NCBI GenBank assembly: GCA_051941275.1
Contig: JAVEBF010000001.1
Coordinates: forward strand, 62,001 to 108,516
Origin: Dirinaria sp. TL-2023a
Lineage: Eukaryota
DNA length: 46,516 nt
Reading direction: 5' to 3'
This document shows positions 1-14,400 of the stretch, one piece after another. The translations under genes were made by a program, and so were the position numbers. Under the pieces are notes generated by a model. The model worked only from the letters and a program-made list of their open reading frames with translations. It had not been told where the DNA came from and did not search any database. Positions within the stretch are counted from its first letter, which is position 1, and every line of letters starts with the position of its first letter.

Positions 1-2576
1 ATGGCGTTCTTGCTTCATGATCGACGAATCAAAAGCGGAGCCGATCCATGTGACGCACTGGGTTCTCACAGTGCTCATTTCACTCAATGGCTAACCCGTC
101 AATAGAAAGCATGACACCCATATTTAGTAGCATGATTGATCCGTGCCCACGCTTTTCCCATGGGTCAGAGCTCGAGCTGGGACTAGCAGGCAGGGAAGGC
201 AATTCTCCGACGTAAATCCTCGGTCTTGAGCATCCATATTGGGCCACTCATAGGCGTGATTCGATTGGTAGCCCACAAGCATCACACTTTTCTCTGCATG
301 CGCTTCTGGCAAAAGTTTCACGAAAAATTGCGCCTTTATCTCCCTGCGCTGTGTGGCAATTCTGACCAAAGTTTTATGCAGAATATTGACCACACGTCGG
401 TGTGGTTTTTTGCGCCTTGGTGGGGTCCTTTGGACGTTCGGAGCATTTTTAATGACCGAGCAAAGACATAAAGTCTGGCCAAATCCATCAGAGAAACCCA
501 GTACCGCAAGCGTTGTTCGAATTCATACCCGTCTCACTGGTCAAGCACCTCAGTGTCCATTCCTCATCATGAGCTCCAAACAAGCTACTCCAAAGGGTCA
601 GCAGTCCAGCAGGAACGCCTCAACACATTCAACTGCATTCGCATTGTGCCAGGAAGTTCCAAAGCCTACCGAATCTCCTGGCGCTTCTTCCCTTATCGCC
701 AGGCCTCAGAAGGTGCCTCATACCGAGTTGAAACCCAGCAGCTACAGTATCGAGCACTGGCTCCAGCAAAATTGGTGCGAGGATCCGTGGAGTGCTGTCT
801 CCAGCTTTGGTGCGCAGCTCCCCAATACCGACCAGACCATGAATATGCCCGATGTGACCAAGAAAGAAGACGAATCCGTCAATTTTGGCGAAAATAAGCG
901 GGGTACGTCTTTGCGTTGTTGGTAGATTGTGTAAGCTGATCTTGTGATATTGATGCTTTGGAAGCGAGACGCTGAAGTGACCGTGTGGACACTAAACGTC
1001 GGCAGCTCGGACGATTAACGCGTCACATTTCGACGACGGCAAAAACAAATTTACCGGGTGGTGCAGGCGGATATAATAGAGGAAAATGTACTTGTCATGC
1101 TAGTTGATAGCTTAAAGTGATCCGTTTCTAAAGATTTCCCCTGTATGAGGTCGTTGCGCTGGCCCAGCGCTCAGGATCCCTCGAGACCATGTCCCCCGAC
1201 ATTCTCGGAAAATACTCAAGGACGCTGTCCTCCTTTATCGTTCGTATTCGGAATGATTCTGACCTTGCTGTCCATGGCTAAGAAAAATCAATTCAATGTA
1301 GCAGGTGAGATTTCATCTTCTATGGCAGTGAAAGCCCAAGGCAATGAATACTCGTCCACGACCAGCTGCATTAAAATTGTACGTAGCATTATCTTGGCCG
1401 TATATGTCAGGCGACATCTAAGGTAAGGTTCAGAGCCGCCGATGCGGTGAGTAAGCACTTGTTATAGGGCAAGATGCAAGGCCCTCGGTCCGATAGTAGC
1501 GGCGACCGTACAAGTATGTCGATCCAGAGCCGGTAGATTTGGCAGCCCTGTTGTCGATATTGAGAATATTTTCTGGCTTGTGTCAAGGTGGGATCCCCCC
1601 CTCCTTTGATTTTGCATTTAGGCCAGGCCCTGACAGGTTTTCATGAAAGTCTGAAACAATTCAATTCAAGATATGTACATTATCTGCACATATGCTTGCA
1701 AAGACATTGGTAGACACTGTGTAAGGAGCTGATAAGTAGGCTGATTTACAGCACCCTCATCTAACCTTCTTCACCGCACCAGATCGCGCTTTGCAAACGA
1801 TCAGCTGTTTAACAAGCAATTGAGCATGATTGAAAAGTTTTGGTGAAGCAAATCGCGACCTGAATGCGGATAGTCAATCTTTACCAAGCTTCTGGAGCTT
1901 GGATTCTGGCGAAAGGGAGGTCGGTGTTTGCTGAATTGATTATGGACGACACGTTCGCCTTCCGAGTCTAGCAAGGGTTGAATCAGTAATATAATTCGCC
2001 GAGAAGCTGTTCACTTGTATACTCTGTTGAAGGAAGCATCATATTACTTTCAATCGTCCTTCCTATTTTGCTATTATTATCACTTAAGGTACTGCCTAAA
2101 GAGGTACGAGGGTTTCAAGCCCAGCAAAGAGAAAGGCGTAAATTACAACAAGCTTTCGGACGATCGGTCATTCTAGCCGAGTCTAACCTAAAGAAGAAGC
2201 TGACTAGAACCCTTCGATGGGTGAACCAATTAAATGCTTCATGTGCGCAACCGAGGCCGTACTCCGTACATCTCGTTCATCATCACGAACTGATGCCTCC
2301 CAAGTTGGCTGCTGATCTTCCACCTATCATTTCAACCTTTATGCAGGATTTCCATCTAGGTACAGAAGGAGCTTCTCGGACGGCAACAAGATCTTCTCAT
2401 CTGGTTACTCCGATGGTACCTTCCACCCTAATAGCCATCCTGCATTCCTCGCAGCCCACCCACAGGAACGGGAAACGTTATCTCGTCATTGAGATGTGTT
2501 CTTGTACCTCGTACAAATAGAAGGTTTGCCATCGACTTGTGATGATACGCTCCTCGACACCTATACTTACATCAAA

Positions 2577-4587
2577 ATGCAGTTCTCTTTTTGCTCCTCC
2601 TTCCTCGCCCTCCTCTTCGCTACCGATACCGCCCTTGGCTCCCCTCTCCATACATGTTATCCTTTCTCCGTCAAAGATTCACACAATGTGCCTAGGAAAT
2701 GGTCGAGGGTTGGGCCTGCATCTGCCGAACATCCGATAACCTTAAACATTGGTCTCAAGCAGGAGAAGTTCGCCGAGCTGGAAAGGCATCTGTACGAAGG
2801 TAAGGAGCCCTTCTCGGCTGATCTCATAATCGATTGCATACTGACACACTGAATTACTAGTCTCTACTCCGTCACACGCTCGTTATGGCAAGCATCTTAC
2901 CACTGAGCAAGTCAATGCGCTTGTCGCTCCAAGTCGCGACGCCCTATCACAGGTGCACGACTGGCTGCAAGACCAAGGCATCGACTCCGCCAAACTAAGC
3001 TATACCCCCGCCAAAGACTGGATCAGCGTCAAGCTCCCCGTGAAAACCATCGAGAGGCTCCTTAACACCAATTATTCTGTCTTCAAGCACGAAGATGGTA
3101 CGCATCTCGTCCGAGCACCTGCATGGTCATTGCCCACTCACCTCCACAAACACATTGATACTATTCAACCTACAAACTCCTTTTTCCGGCCGAATGCGAG
3201 GAGGAGCACACTGAAAACCGTCAAGCCAATCGCTGAGATAGCTAAGGAGCCAGCTCGAATGGTGTCCAATGCGCTAAAGTCTTCAAAGGATCTGACAGTC
3301 GCTCAGGCCTGCAATACCAGCGCAGTCACACCTACGTGCCTACGCACCTTATATGGCACGATTGACTATGTACCTAAAGTACCAGGAAAAAATCAAGTGG
3401 CCCTAAACAATTACCTCGGGGAAGCTAACAACCGCTCTGATGTCTCCATATTCCTGCAGCGCTTTCGTCCGGACGCTGTCTCTGCTGCCCAGACTTTTAC
3501 GGTCAAAATCGTCAATGGTGGCGACAATCAGCAGACTCCCGATAACGCTACGCAACTGGCAGCTGGCAAAGATCTTGAGGGAAATCTGGATGCCGAGACC
3601 ATCCTGGGAATTGACTATCCCACCCCTCTCACAACCTACAATACTGGCGGCATGCCTCCTTTCATGGCCGATGCCAACACGCCTACCGATACCAACGAGG
3701 TACCTATACCCCTCCCTATGTCGATCCTTTTCTTCACCTCATCCACAAGCTAACAGTTTCGTATACAGCCGTACTTGACCTGGTTGCAATATGTCCTTGC
3801 TCAAAAAAACATCCCTCAAGTGATTTCTTCCTCTTACGGAGATGACGAACAATCCGTTCCCTTTTCTTATGCTAAGTCTGTTTGCAATCAATTCGCCCAA
3901 CTCGGTGCACGGGGTGTGACCTTCCTGTGTTCCTCCGGCGACGATGGTGTTGGCGCATCAGGCAAATGTTTCACCAACGACGGTAAAAACACATCTACAT
4001 TCCTGCCATCTTTCCCAGACGGCTGTCCCTACGTAACTTCAGTGGGCGCAACTAAGAATTTCAATCCGGAAGTCGCAGCCTTTGACCCGCGCAACAATTT
4101 TGCAAGTGGCGGCGGATTCTCCAACTACTTCCAACGTCCAGCTTATCAAAATACAGTCGTACCGGCATATATCAGCAGCCTAGGGACCCAATTCTCGGGA
4201 TTGTATAACAAGACGGGTAGAGGCTACCCGGACATCGCAGCGCAGGGTCAGCGCTTCGTCACCATCTGGAACGGGACCGTCGTCCTTCTTGACGGCACTA
4301 GCGCTTCCACGCCTACCGCCGCGGGCATCCTGACACTCGTCAACGACGCGCTAATCGCGGCGGGTAAATCACCCTTGGGGTTCGTGAATCCGGCACTTTA
4401 CAGCGGGCTCTATAAATCTTTCACAGACATCACTAGCGGAAGCGCAATCGGATGCAACTCGACCGGTTTTCCTGCGAAGACGGGCTGGGACGCAGTGACA
4501 GGCTTCGGTACGCCGTATTTCCCGAGCGTGTCGGCCGCGGCGTTGAATGGGACAAATTCCACTGGTGTGTATTACAAGCGCCGATAG
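2577..4587 (+). CDS. Secreted S53 sedolisin / tripeptidyl-peptidase (SED/TPP1-like), 3 exons 2577-2799, 2861-3699, 3769-4587, ~626 aa
   Basis: Signal peptide MQFSFCSSFLALLFATDTALG; prodomain (LYEVSTPSHARYGKHLT, WSLPTHLHKHIDTIQPT); catalytic E-x3-D (EGNLD), oxyanion SSGDDG, catalytic Ser GTSAS, Ca-binding GWDAVTGFGTP. Introns 2800-2860 (GTAAGG..TAG) and 3700-3768 (GTACCT..CTAAC..CAG) join the frames (NE|PYLTWL). Confidence 0.96.
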
Positions 4588-5697
4588 AGGATGCTTGTAG
4601 AAGCGCTAGTGCTCGCACCGCAGGAAACCTAGGTACGAATAGCCTGACCTAGGCTGAGGTGTGAATACAGTACATCGATCCATTTCGCCCCCACTACCTT
4701 CAAGTGATCCCTTGAGCTAGACGCCGTAGCCCCCTTCTCAATTGATACCCTTTTCGATGAAGTCCTTAGCTACTCCAGTATCTCGACTCAGATCTGGACC
4801 CAATAAACACTACATCCCTGGAGTACCACGCCTGCGTTACAAACACCAGCTCGTGATTACCCACGGATCTTCCCAGCTTCGATCTCGCTCGATCTTACAC
4901 CAGATGACCGAATCCTAGCGTTTCTAGTGGATCCAAGTAGGGTTTGAATCCGCGTGTATACGTGTGTGTATCTCTCATGGTTGCGGTATCTTAGATTTAC
5001 GTGACTTAACGCAGGCGCTGCGGGATGAGATTCCGTGTCTATCCTTCTGAGTATCCAGCTAGAAAAAATGAAATGTAAGTCTATGCAGAATTGAACATCT
5101 GTTAATTTCATCTCTCGCTGCCTGTAACATCCATGCATACGAGTGCACGTGCCTCCTTTATCTCTCGCACCTCCTGGTATCTTTGTATTCTATTAGGGTC
5201 TGAAGCTAAGATTACAATCAACCTATCCTCTCAGCCTTTGAACCGGGTCTTGCACCATTAAACCAGATTCTTCCACCCTAAAGAGCATCGAGGTCCGGAA
5301 TGGATTTGAGCTTGTAGGATGAATTTCATGCTTGCGTCATATCAACTCTTTTTTACCTTTTTTCTTTTGCTGTAGAACTTCTGGTCGAGTCTCCTATTCA
5401 ATTGCCGAAAGGAAATAAATAGGGCGCTCCCATAGAGCGTTCGCTGCGCAGCTGCAGTTCTTGAAGAAGTATTAGTGTCTGTTTCGGGTTCGTATTTTTC
5501 TCTCTCTTGACTGTGTGATATTGAAAAGTCTAGGATCAGGTTCCGTGACAGACTTGCTGAAATGGCTCTTTGATGGGCACCCATGGATTAAGTTCCTGTG
5601 GAGCCTCTAGACTCTCTATTCTTTCCTCAACCGCAGTTTATTATGTTAGGGATTAGCACCATGTGTCTGGGCTCCCTGGGGGATTCTAGATCGCTTC

Positions 5698-5716
5698 TTT
5701 TTTTTTTTTTTTTTTT
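5698..5716. repeat. poly(T) tract, 19 nt
   Basis: Run of T visible directly in an intergenic region. Confidence 0.9.
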
Positions 5717-6576
5717 CTTTATAATTATATCACGTAGTGTAACTGTACAAACATTGATGGTTGTAGCGAGGCAATCTTCGGCATGGTCATGCACATAGTA
5801 TGATCGATAATGAAACGAAGCTATAGAAAGAGGAGTTTTCATGTTGGGATACAAAGAAGGATATGTGTCGCATTTACTGGGCTGGACCCGATTCGATAGT
5901 GCCTCCTCAGGCACACCTCAACCTTAACAGGCACAAATAGTCATCCTTCACCTGTATATACCCCTGGGATCTGATCCTTAACAGTTATATTCAACGTTAC
6001 AAAATTTGGGATGTCCAGTATCTATTTATTAGATCTTAGGACTCCAAGCATCTGTTCCGTCTCTTGGTATTCCTCTTGATCATAAAGTGCATTTTCTCAA
6101 TCATTGGCAATTGTTTACGTGATAGGATGTTCGTCACTGAATGACTCTTCCATTGTTCCCAGGAAAAACACGGAATTTTGTTCTGGAGGTTCGTATTTTT
6201 TCGAGCAGTCCAGTGTATAGCTTATGAAAACAAAGCACTCTTATATGAGCGGCACGCCGTCTCTGACACATTTTGCCCAATCCGGTCTCTCTATATGTTG
6301 TACGAGTACGACTGATGAGTCTTTGATTGGCCGAAGCACATCTTGTATAGCAAGCGTCAAAATTTATAATGAGATGTAGAACTTATGTACAGCGTGCTGG
6401 ACCATTGTTGAATACACACTTGTATTCTAATGCTACTTGAACACTTGATGATGGCATTAGCTCACATTATTTTTTACTCTGCCGATAGGCGTTTACTGAC
6501 AAGTTGATGACGGTTAGCCACAGAGCTATCCTTGAGTACATAGTTTTCTATTTTCCAGGTTCAGACCCATAATCTA

Positions 6577-8430
6577 TTGATGGTCCGACTAAGTGGCAGA
6601 CCGGGCGAAAAAAAATCCTGGATAGTGGGAGTTGAGTACATTGTCTATAGCTACATGAAAGCTAATTCGCTGATAGCGAAATCAAGGTCGATTGAAAAAA
6701 GATCACGAACGGGATCCGGCATATTTTCTGATCATATCAAAGAATGCACAAACATGAAAGCTCAAAAATTGTCACTCAGCAAACTGGAAACTATGCCGAA
6801 ACTTTTCAAAGTTTAATCGAAGCAAATGGCTTGCATCGAACCATATATCAAAGCATATGCTTTTGGCATTCCTGGCCTTGATGTCATTGGCCGATATAAA
6901 TTTGAGACATTCCCGCTGCCTTTCTGCTGCTTTCAATTTATCAATGAAGAAAATAATTGAAGATCATACAAAGTGTGTGAATACATTGCGTTACAGTATA
7001 GGAAGAGCATTCCATCCTGCATTGTGAGATTGTTGAAATGGTAATTGTGTAACATGTCTCTATTCGCAAAAAATTCTGAGGCAAGGTTCTGAGAAAACTA
7101 TGGAACCATTGACACATATGGTCTCCGATGAAAGTTAGCAATGATTACGGAAAGGGATCTATGAGTTCAATCTTATGACCAAATTCCCTAAGTTGAGAGA
7201 CTACGTGGGAATGTCTTGTGGGCTCGGAAATCCAAGATGCACCCTTGTACTCACAGCTCATGAGCGTAGCATCTATTAGCTCTTGTCTTATCTGCATGAC
7301 GCTGAGACTACCATGCGCTAATATTCCGTACACCTCGATCATGCTCTAGACAGCTTAGTCTAGAGCGCTGATATAGAGTCATCTGGGTTATCGTAACACT
7401 GGCCATTGGGGGAGATCTGAAAAAAGCTGTTGGACAAGTCAGATTGGCCTCTCGCAGCACAGGAACGGAGAAATTACTCGAAGATGAATGTGAGTTAGCT
7501 TTGCGTTCACTGGAAGAGTTTACGGCAGGTCTGTAGCAATCGTGGCTCGTGTGAGAGAGGGTTTGGAGCACTGTTGAGCTAGTGATGTACAATTCGCGAA
7601 CCAGCTCTATGGCATAGTCAGCGTGAAGCAAAACAGGTGGCAAATTCGGGTGTGATTGGTAAATGGCTGCGAAATCAATCCCAAAGTTTCTATTTTGTCG
7701 GCTTTTCCGTCCCTAAGCTTTCCGGAAATATCTCCTCTCACCTCATTTCTACATAGCATCAATTTACTTAGGACCAGGCACCGCATAGTTATTGAGAAGA
7801 CTGACAATGATCTTGGAACAGTCGATCGATTTGAGAGACTGGAGCAGAATTTTATCGCGATCGAACGTGCGATGGCAAAAGGCAAAGAGAGCACCCGGGA
7901 CGTATCGCATTCCGCAACCCTTGAAGCACAATAGACTGATGTTATCAACTATTGCCAGCCTCGATGGCATCCATCTGCGCGATGTCGCACGCGCACGCGA
8001 CAGTTATGAGATCAATTTGCCGCATAGGCAAAATAGCACCTAACTGGGTCAACGAGAGCTCCTGATTGCTAGTACGTCGAGAATCATTTTAGAATATAGT
8101 ACTTACGGATTTTTTAGGACCACCGTGTTTCGTGCACCAGCCTCCGAAAGTCACAAAGTACCCTGGAAAGTACAAATGCAGAGCATGTGGGTGGTTTACA
8201 GACGATTAGTTATGTGCGCCGTCACTACCAGGAGCATTGTCCTGACAAAGACTTGGAAGACCTGAATCTTTGGCGTCGTGGCAATAGCACGAGTCCTTCG
8301 GCTCAAAAGGAGCGACCGAGACAACCACGACATAATCCACTGAGGGGGCAAGGCTCGCGGTGTCAGTAGGAGTTCGAGCACCATCATTGGTGATAGACAT
8401 GCTTTTATTCTTGAGCGACCACGTCTCATG
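6577..8430 (+). pseudogene. Probable decayed gene ending in a frameshifted C2H2 zinc finger
   Basis: Scattered + strand ORF pieces (6577-6816, 7656-7934). At 8171-8237, YKCRAC in one frame continues as GGLQTISYVRRHYQEH in another; together they give C-x2-C-x12-H-x3-H if 2 nt were lost at ~8189. Extent uncertain. Confidence 0.35.
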
Positions 8431-11400
8431 ACGCTCTATCTTTAGATTAATGGTGCCGGGCTTAGGGCAATGCAGGCCATCAGGGAAAGCTTTTGAGGTG
8501 ACTGAAAATGGCGTGTAGGGACCTGAGAGCTAAAGATTCCGTTGAAACTAGGAGTCTTGTAGAATCAGTAGAATAGGATCTTTGCAGTTGCGTGCAGGTA
8601 ATCCATCATCTAGCATGACAGCAATGAGGTTCTCTATCGCCTGAGAATGTAAATGTGCAGCTTACCTTAGCCCCTTGCCTCGCCAGAACGGTTTAGACTC
8701 CATTTTGCTCGTCAATAAGTGCAAGTATTATACAGCAGCAACAGCGCCTTCTCAAGAATTGCACACATTAATCAGTGCGAATTACTCTCGACTTTTATAT
8801 TGAAGATTAGTTACCGCATATAAAGACGATGGGACAGTAGATAGAGCCTGTACGCATCACCCTGCTGGCTGTGCGTGGGGCCAGGATATCTTGGGTTCAT
8901 GTCATGCGCGATTGTTCCTGCTATATCGACAGCGAACAAAACAGGCCATCGAAGCAAGCGGTAAGAGCAAGCTCCTAGCTGGCAAGAAGCTGAGATATTC
9001 ATCTGACCGGCGCAAGAGTGCTTTGAACAAGTTAAAGCCACGATCGCACTTGTGTTCAAAACCGTTGCCGGGGTAGCTGGTCGATTCGTTGTGGACAAGC
9101 TAAGCCGCACTTCATGTCGGAGAGCTCAGTAGCCCGCTTTTTGTCGGTTCAGGTCGCCGCTCTTGCTAAGCTCGATGAATTTTGCAAGAGATATAAGTGT
9201 TCAGCTTTTGAAGAGATAAGATCCTTGACTTTTCACTGGACTAATCACGAATCGATCCAGGCTCGATGGAACGTCGAATATGAGAAAGGGGTCGATCAAA
9301 GAACGAGAATGTCTGTGCATATATGGCGCGGGTCAGAAATCTATGCAAGCTTGAAGGGCATTGCAAGGTTGACCTAAGAGAGAGGTGTATAGTAATACAT
9401 ATTAGCGTACGTCAAATTTGGAAGAGAGTTACGAGGACTATGGATTTGAAGAACCCATATCAGGCATGATAGTGCCGTCTTTTCTGAGCGAAGCATATTG
9501 CGCGCATACTGAGATTAGTGTCTCAGTAAAAAGGGTTTCGTCGCGACGATCGATGCCGAGTGTTCTTGGTTGATTTTGGCGTTCATGTCCTCTGATGAAT
9601 GGGAACATTAGCACTTGTCCTTGTGCCTGCCAAAGGGTACAACAGACAGACGTAGTAGACATAGCGCGTTTTTGATCTCTCCAGTCTCCAATCTAGAGTT
9701 ATTAATTTGTAGTCCGAACGCACAAACATAGTTTAGCGTTACCCTTTTCCTGACCCTGTGGGTAATTCTGACGGCATCACGTAGCCTTACTCCACAGATA
9801 CCTTCCACACCAATACTTAAACGACTATTGTTATTCAGCTCTAGCTTGGAATACTGCACTATGCGCAAAGACAAGGGCAAGGCGAAGGAAGTGGTCGATG
9901 AGGGCCATGGAGAAGTGAGGCCAGAGTCCTAGTATCAAGTGAAGAATTGACCATGGTCATGTCTAGGACAACGCCGCAGTAGAGAAGGATTGCGGGGGGG
10001 CCAAAGATTCCGACGTGAAGAGCACTCAGACGGTACGAGGAGCGTTCCCATCTCAAGATGAGCCAATACGAACATCTTCTAGGGACCCACCAAGAAGGAA
10101 CAGGATCGCGGCAATCAGGTCAAGTCGGACTATAATCTTCGCTCGAAATCAAAGGCTGTACGACGAATGTCCTTACCTCAATCAAGACCCAGCTCGCTAA
10201 CAGGCCCGCGACAGGCGACCGGCCAGCAAGAAGTTGCTTCAAGTACAGTCGATGCAGCTCAGGCGAAGAGTGATGATAACAATGGGGAAAATTTGGAGAC
10301 AAAGGAGCAAGAGAAGGAGAAGAGCCTCAACGAAGGCCGGAATTCAAAAGACAAGAAGGTAGAGGATCCGCCATACTGGGGAAAGGTGGGATGGTATCGT
10401 GGGTATTGTGTCCGAGATCTGCAGGAGAGGTCTTTTCGCATGCAAAGTGCCATGCGAAAACCTTCCTAGACGCATGCTTTGCCAACTTGCACTGTCAAGC
10501 TTGTAAAAAGCTTACCTCTGCTATGTGCTATCCTGGTGGCTTCGCGCACTCTGCCTACTTACCTTTGCTCTTCACTAGGTGTGATTAGGCAAATACAAAA
10601 TTCATTTAGATGATGGCTTCTCTTATCAAGCTTCTCCGCTGACTTTTGTAGACTTCCATCAGTACTGTCTTGATAATGAATCAGTCATCAGGGGTAGAAG
10701 AAGTCTCTAAAAGGGCCCAACGTTGTATGTTAAGTCTTTGCCAAGACGCTATCAGCCATGCTACGCTCGAAAAGGCTACGTTGCTTTGCACATCTTAAGG
10801 TATATCTGAGGCTTGCAGCTCTATCTCTTATGTCATAACTTTCACAAATATGGACCTTCATAAATCTGTAGTATTTAAACTAACTCCGTAGCCTCCTATA
10901 ACTTGGCTATTTCAAAGCTCTTTGGGATCACTATTCTTTATCGTTATCTACAAGGAGGTAGATTTATCCTTATAACTTGACAGATTCTAGTGATATTCAT
11001 ACATAGAAAGCGCCTTGAAGCTCCCTTGACTCTTGCAATGATTTTTGATAATTTTTTTAAATACGATTTCAATATGTCACTAATCAGTAGAATGATTTAA
11101 TTCAAGCAAGGGAGACTCTGGATGTAATGCACGTTAGACATCTGAAGTAAGTATAACTTCGGTCGGAGCAAAATCCTCAAGGCAATCGGCTCAAACTGAA
11201 ATTCACATCCAAATGAGGTAGCACGGGGATTCGTCGGCGCTGGAGACCTCGGACGAACTCTGATAATACATAAGGAGCATATGATGTCAGTACTCCTTCG
11301 AAGCTACAAGAAAAGTCGAAAGATCCGATGGGCAGTGCAGGAACATACCATAGAGGTATAATTAATCTTCTTAAAGCACCCACATTCGACTACTTAATCG

Positions 11401-12149
11401 TCAGCGTAAAGAAAGCTAAAAGTGTACCTAATCTGTGTGATCAACAAAACCAAGAGGCTTTTGCCATCCTGGGCACCTTTTTCGGTCAGAGTGAGACATA
11501 AGGAAGCCCAAAAGCTTGTTGAACGGGACGATATCCCATGAAGTTAACCCCTTTCTTTTCGTTTTTGACTTTTCTTGGTTCGTGGGAGTAGGGAAAATAC
11601 ACTATGAAAGACCTCCAGGACACTTTGTTCAAGCCGAAAACATGCACAAGCCAAGTAATCCACACGGCTAACGTATACGACTTTCATAATATATAGCAGT
11701 CAAACATTCTCAGTGCTTAATTTAATTATTCAACTGCAATTGAGCCCAACCGAGGCCATATGTCAGACAGAGAAGCATCCTCGTTCCGCCTTCCGATAGT
11801 CAAGTTGCGTGCATCCCTTTGCACAGATTTTTGAGGAGATATTTGAAGTAGTTGCCGCCATTCTAACGAGTTCCGGAGGTGGTGAGGGCTGGTTTCAGAA
11901 CTCTGCGCAGTTGGCTGAGTAGCGCAATCGAGGAGGCCCAACCCAAAGAAGGATCTTGACCTCCCATGCTTTGTGTGCGACATCTAGGAGCAACATGTTG
12001 AGTTACTTTTCAGATGTTGGGTAACCCTAAGGAAATACTTGGCTGTACTGCATGCAGTAGCATCAACCGTCTCATAGCCGGGCTTGTGTGCATCTGATCA
12101 TCACCATGAACCACCGCCTCCATTAAGCTCAGCCGATTTTCCAATGCTT

Positions 12150-14400
12150 CACACCAGGCGGCACCTTTCCCAAGGTGTTGCCATCATACTGCTCATGCTC
12201 AAAGAGCAGCTGAACCTCCTTTTCACTAGGCTAGCACTCATTATACTCTTGCATTCCTCGTCCTGCCTCTCTGCCCTCACCTTGTTCTGCTTTTCTGTCA
12301 CCATTATCGCCAAAGATATTATCCCTGAATCTGTCCCTTTTGTGCGTATACGCTCAACAACTGGCACAAGTATTGCCCAGGATATCAGGAGGCGGCCTTG
12401 GATTGACGAGAAAAGCCATGAGATCTTCAAGCTTTTCCCATAAGCGTGAGCTACGTCCGAGGGCGATTGTGTAAATGGTATGAGAAAGAGCGATGATGAC
12501 GTGGAGGGCAACGATAGCAATGGAAACATAATCAGTCTTTGTTCTAGCGCGAAAGGCATAGACTGGAAGGCAAAAGTACCAGAAAAATTAGCATGCTCAA
12601 CTGACGAGAAGCTGTACTTGGACATGAACTTGCAATCTAATTAGGATCCCTTAATATGCATCGTGGTAAACCTTTCTGGAGAAGCTGGGCTTGGGCATAC
12701 ATGCAGTGAACGGCCGCAGTTTCATGTTACACCATCGGCATAAAATGAATATGTGGGTGATCCGAGCTGGCCTGCACAGCCAATTCTGGATAAATAGTCG
12801 GCGACAATGTTGGAGAATAACGTTCCTCAAAAGTTGAAGGGTGTATGGAGTCGATACTGAGTAATATCGGCTTATTTGGCTGTGGAAGTGTGACCTGTGC
12901 TCATGATTTTTCCCCAAGGGTGGTGGCTAGCGCTGTGAGGTTAAATATTGGGGACAGACAAAGTACTGATAGAGTTAGGGTCTCCAGGTACACCAGATCC
13001 GCAATGATAGGACTCCAGCTGCTGCCATTGACTAGCAAAAAACTTTGACTACGGACTTTGCGGTCGTTCAGCGCGTATCTATCAGTGGGTTGAAACTGAC
13101 GTTGATGCGAGGCGATAGCACCCTCGGCTACTTGTAACGGCCCGTCTATCTGCTGACTGGATGTCTTAGCCCACTGGGCGTCGACAGTATAAGCCAGCAC
13201 TGAGCGACTCTCGACGGATATTCTGGCCATGGCTTCCATGGAAACTAAGCCTGCTGTTATTGCTTGTGCCGAACATGGGATTCACAGTGTCTTGACCCTT
13301 CCAGCGTCGAAGAGACGATTACCGTCATTGCTCCACATACTGATAGATACTTGAATCGATTTTGACCATTCGGCGGATGTCGCAGATTCCCAAGTATATG
13401 CTTCGAATGCCCTCATATAAGTGGACGAAAGTGATGTGGTATTGGTCATGACATTTTTCTAGTGAGACACCGTCCTGACTGCAGCCATATCTGATGCAAA
13501 AGTGGATGAGCGAGCATTCTATTGATGTTCTGGTTGTCCGAACCATAATGGATCCCATTAGAATCCACTTTGTCGAAAAGCGGCGGCTTCCGTGCCACCA
13601 ATTAAACGTGTTCAAGTTGGTTCGTCCATTGGTAGAGTGCAGTCCAACTGGAAAAATCTGGGCACATCGTTGAAGTGGCTAAAGAGCTTCGGGTAGCCTG
13701 TAGATATATAGTGGTTGTCGAATATGCTAGTAGGAAGACCGTAGCTGTCGTTACCTAGCGTTTTAGAGAAAGATCGATCTCCAATGCGTGCTCCGGTATG
13801 ATTAGTAGGCAACAGATCATCTGATGTGCTGTTCAACCGTAATTTATGATAGAACATCGGTCGAGCCTAGATAGAGTCAGCGTCCTTGTCGCTTAACTAA
13901 TCGAGCTTTCAGTGGCTCTGATGGAACCCACTATCGTGGTGAGCAGCAATAGCACGGCACAGGTAAGTCCCAATTCAAGCGCAATAATCCCAGGGAACTA
14001 AATGTATACGACAATGGTAGCGCTGAGCTAGATAGCCGAGGCTCCGTGATTGTTCACACAGACCGAACTTCGCCAGGGGAACATTAAGTTCGTAAATTTC
14101 AAGCCTGAAATTAGGAGACTAAGGGGCAATCCATCACAATGGAGAAGCTGGCGTCGGGATATCTGAAAAATAATTTTAGTCATGCTCGTGGCAACAAGGA
14201 TTTCCTGCAGGTTGACTGTTAGAGATTGCCTCAACTCGCACAAGAAGTTTATGATACCTGTAATTTAGCAGCGACCTGTAACACCGCCAAACTGAATATC
14301 GTCCTCCACAGCCCATCACTAGAGCCTAGTAAAAATCCAATGACAAATCCTTGTAGATTCATAGCAATGAGTGTCAAAGGAATACAAATTGGAATCACAT
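12150..14400 (-). pseudogene. Pseudogene of an uncharacterised fungal multi-pass membrane protein family
   Basis: Ordered protein-like blocks on the minus strand: SLAVLQVAAKLQ|intron 14205-14257 (GTATCA..CTAAC..CAG)|EILVATSMTKIIFQISRRQLLHCDGLPLSLLISGLKF; YTVDAQWAKTS (~13.2 kb); VYAFRARTKTDYVSIAIVALHVIIALSHTIYTIALGRSSRLWEKLEDLMAFLVNPRPPPDILGNTCA (~12565-12363), then a frameshift into VERIRT. The blocks are separated by stops and frameshifts. Family match is by recalled motif resemblance only. Confidence 0.65.

Noticed and set aside
1..925. Overlapping ORFs 226-471, 353-925 and 553-897
   Set aside because: Could be the tail of a gene or relic entering from outside the window, but I could not establish a start, splice pattern or domain.
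4930..4960. GGTTTGAATCC resembling a tRNA T-loop / B box
   Set aside because: No acceptor, D or anticodon stems could be built around it.
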